From: Verrucomicrobiia bacterium | GTDB lineage: Bacteria; Verrucomicrobiota; Verrucomicrobiia; Limisphaerales; UBA1319 | NCBI GenBank assembly: GCA_963664225.1 | Contig: OY760937.1 | Location: forward strand, 3,904,001-3,968,000 | Direction: 5' to 3' | DNA: 64,000 bases | In this document: positions 62,853 to 64,000 of the stretch, piece after piece | Numbering within the stretch: the first letter of the stretch is position 1 | How the letters are laid out: every line of letters begins with the position of its first letter | The notes under the pieces: model-generated | Told to the model about the DNA's origin: nothing | Seen by the model: only the letters and a program-made list of their open reading frames with translations | Database searches by the model: none | Translations under genes and position numbers: made by a program

Positions 62853-64000
62853 TCAGTCCTTATCGGTAATGGCCCATTGGGGGTAGGTGGCGAGGGAACC
62901 TTTCTGGGCATGCCAGAGGATGCGGTTGAGCGTATCCTCGGAACAGCGATCGGGTTCGCGCAAATCCAATTTGGCGGACGCTTCCGCGAGACGGCGCTGG
63001 AGGCGGTCGCTGACTTGTTTGGGCGAGGGATTGAGTTGGTCGAGCGGGACGTTTGCGGGAAGGCTTTGGTAAGCGGCAAAGTCGGGCTGGTCGGTGAAGC
63101 AGGCGGACATGGGTGTGGCGGTGGCGTCCATCTGATTCATCGGGGGCAAGCCGAGAATGAGTTCCATGGAGCGAATGAGGCTGGTCTGGTTGTAGTTTTC
63201 GTGGATGACCGCGTGGCGGCGGGTGTAGGGGCTGATGACATAGGCGGTGGTGCGGTAGCCGCTGACGTGGTCCCAGCCGTCCTGGGGATCGTCCTCGATG
63301 ACGAATATGCAGGTGTCCTTCCAGAAGACGCTTCGGGAAAGGGCCTCGACGATTTGACCGAGGGCCAGGTCGTTGTCGGCCACTTGAGCACCTGGCACGG
63401 GTGCTCCGGCGCGAGTGCCCGAAGTGTGGTCGTTGGGCAGACAGACGAGGAGAAAGTCCGGCAGTTTGCCGGTGCGTTCGCATTGTTTAAGGTCCTTGAT
63501 GAATTGGGCGGCGCGGAAGACGTCGGGGACGTCGAGGTCCCAGCCAATGGTGTTTGTGACGATATGGGGGGCGAGTGAGGCGATGGCCGGGCGGCTGGAA
63601 ATGGAGATCAACCCGGTTTGGTCGATAAAATCGCGATAGTAGTCTGTAAAGGTAATGGATTTTTTGTGTTTGGGATCGTTCCAACGGGTTTCGCCAATGG
63701 TGAATTCGCCGTAATCGCGGATGGTTTTTCCGTGGGCCAGCACGTTGTCCCAGATGAACCCGGCAGGAGAGTAGGCGAGCGCATCCACTTCGTCGTCGCC
63801 CATGCCGTCGGGATAACTGCGGGGGAAACCGGCGAACGATTTTTCCATGTAATCCGTGGCGAAGGCGCTATCGGACCATTGATGGCCGTCGGCGCTTAAA
63901 ATGCCGGAACAATAGGTGTTATCGAGCAGAACGAATTCGCGGGCGAGCTTGTGCTGGTTGGGGGTGAATTTTTCACCAAAGATGCAGAGGGACGCATCGC
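62853..64000 (-). CDS. Phosphoesterase / alkaline-phosphatase-superfamily protein (C-terminal part; 5' end beyond window)
   Basis: Frame open to the window edge (..TPNQHKLAREFVLLDNTYCSGILSADGHQW..); LPNDHTSG, DNDLALG, EDDPQDGWDHV and LGLPPMNQMD motifs of YncE/phosphoesterase fusions. Confidence 0.82.
   Translation of the reverse strand, partial: DASLCIFGEKFTPNQHKLAREFVLLDNTYCSGILSADGHQWSDSAFATDYMEKSFAGFPRSYPDGMGDDEVDALAYSPAGFIWDNVLAHGKTIRDYGEFTIGETRWNDPKHKKSITFTDYYRDFIDQTGLISISSRPAIASLAPHIVTNTIGWDLDVPDVFRAAQFIKDLKQCERTGKLPDFLLVCLPNDHTSGTRAGAPVPGAQVADNDLALGQIVEALSRSVFWKDTCIFVIEDDPQDGWDHVSGYRTTAYVISPYTRRHAVIHENYNQTSLIRSMELILGLPPMNQMDATATPMSACFTDQPDFAAYQSLPANVPLDQLNPSPKQVSDRLQRRLAEASAKLDLREPDRCSEDTLNRILWHAQKGSLATYPQWAITDKD

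Overview
Bacterial chromosomal window, GC-rich and G-skewed on the + strand. It is most likely Verrucomicrobiota (Pedosphaera/Limisphaerales-like); this is inferred from the PVC-type EF-Tu switch I, the DUF5069-like gene, the FYRV-ending secreted protein and the gene order. 1-20.6 kb is accessory and metabolic: the 3' part of nuoL, a GRP-type sugar transporter, a secreted lactonase, a 1268-aa non-catalytic 4x(Ig-like + CBM6/35-like) secreted protein, Tat-exported NIPSNAP and GH-like proteins, a corrinoid protein / homocysteine methyltransferase / MtaA-UroD-like cassette, TMEM14, queG, an ArsB/NhaD-type permease, a TIM-barrel sugar isomerase, an ACT-domain protein, a deaminase and a Gfo/Idh/MocA oxidoreductase. 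20.8-25.7 kb is purSQLF. 25.8-57.2 kb is the translation/transcription super-operon: tRNA-Thr, tuf, tRNA-Trp, tRNA-Ser, secE-nusG-rplKAJL-rpoBC, str, S10, spc and alpha, with no rpmG, rpmD or adk in place. 57.4-64 kb holds an MFS transporter, DUF5069, a lipoprotein, trpC, prfB with a programmed +1 frameshift and a partial phosphoesterase. The most notable unexplained signals are clusters of strand-polarised, purine-rich 7/8/9-bp-period triplet repeats in accessory intergenic spacers, a dispersed REP-like multi-hairpin element (2 copies), the folate-domain-free corrinoid methyl-transfer cassette, the mosaic multi-CBM protein and a duplicated MSPEMMKRYG peptide tag. All calls come from reading the sequence and motif recognition; no searches were run.
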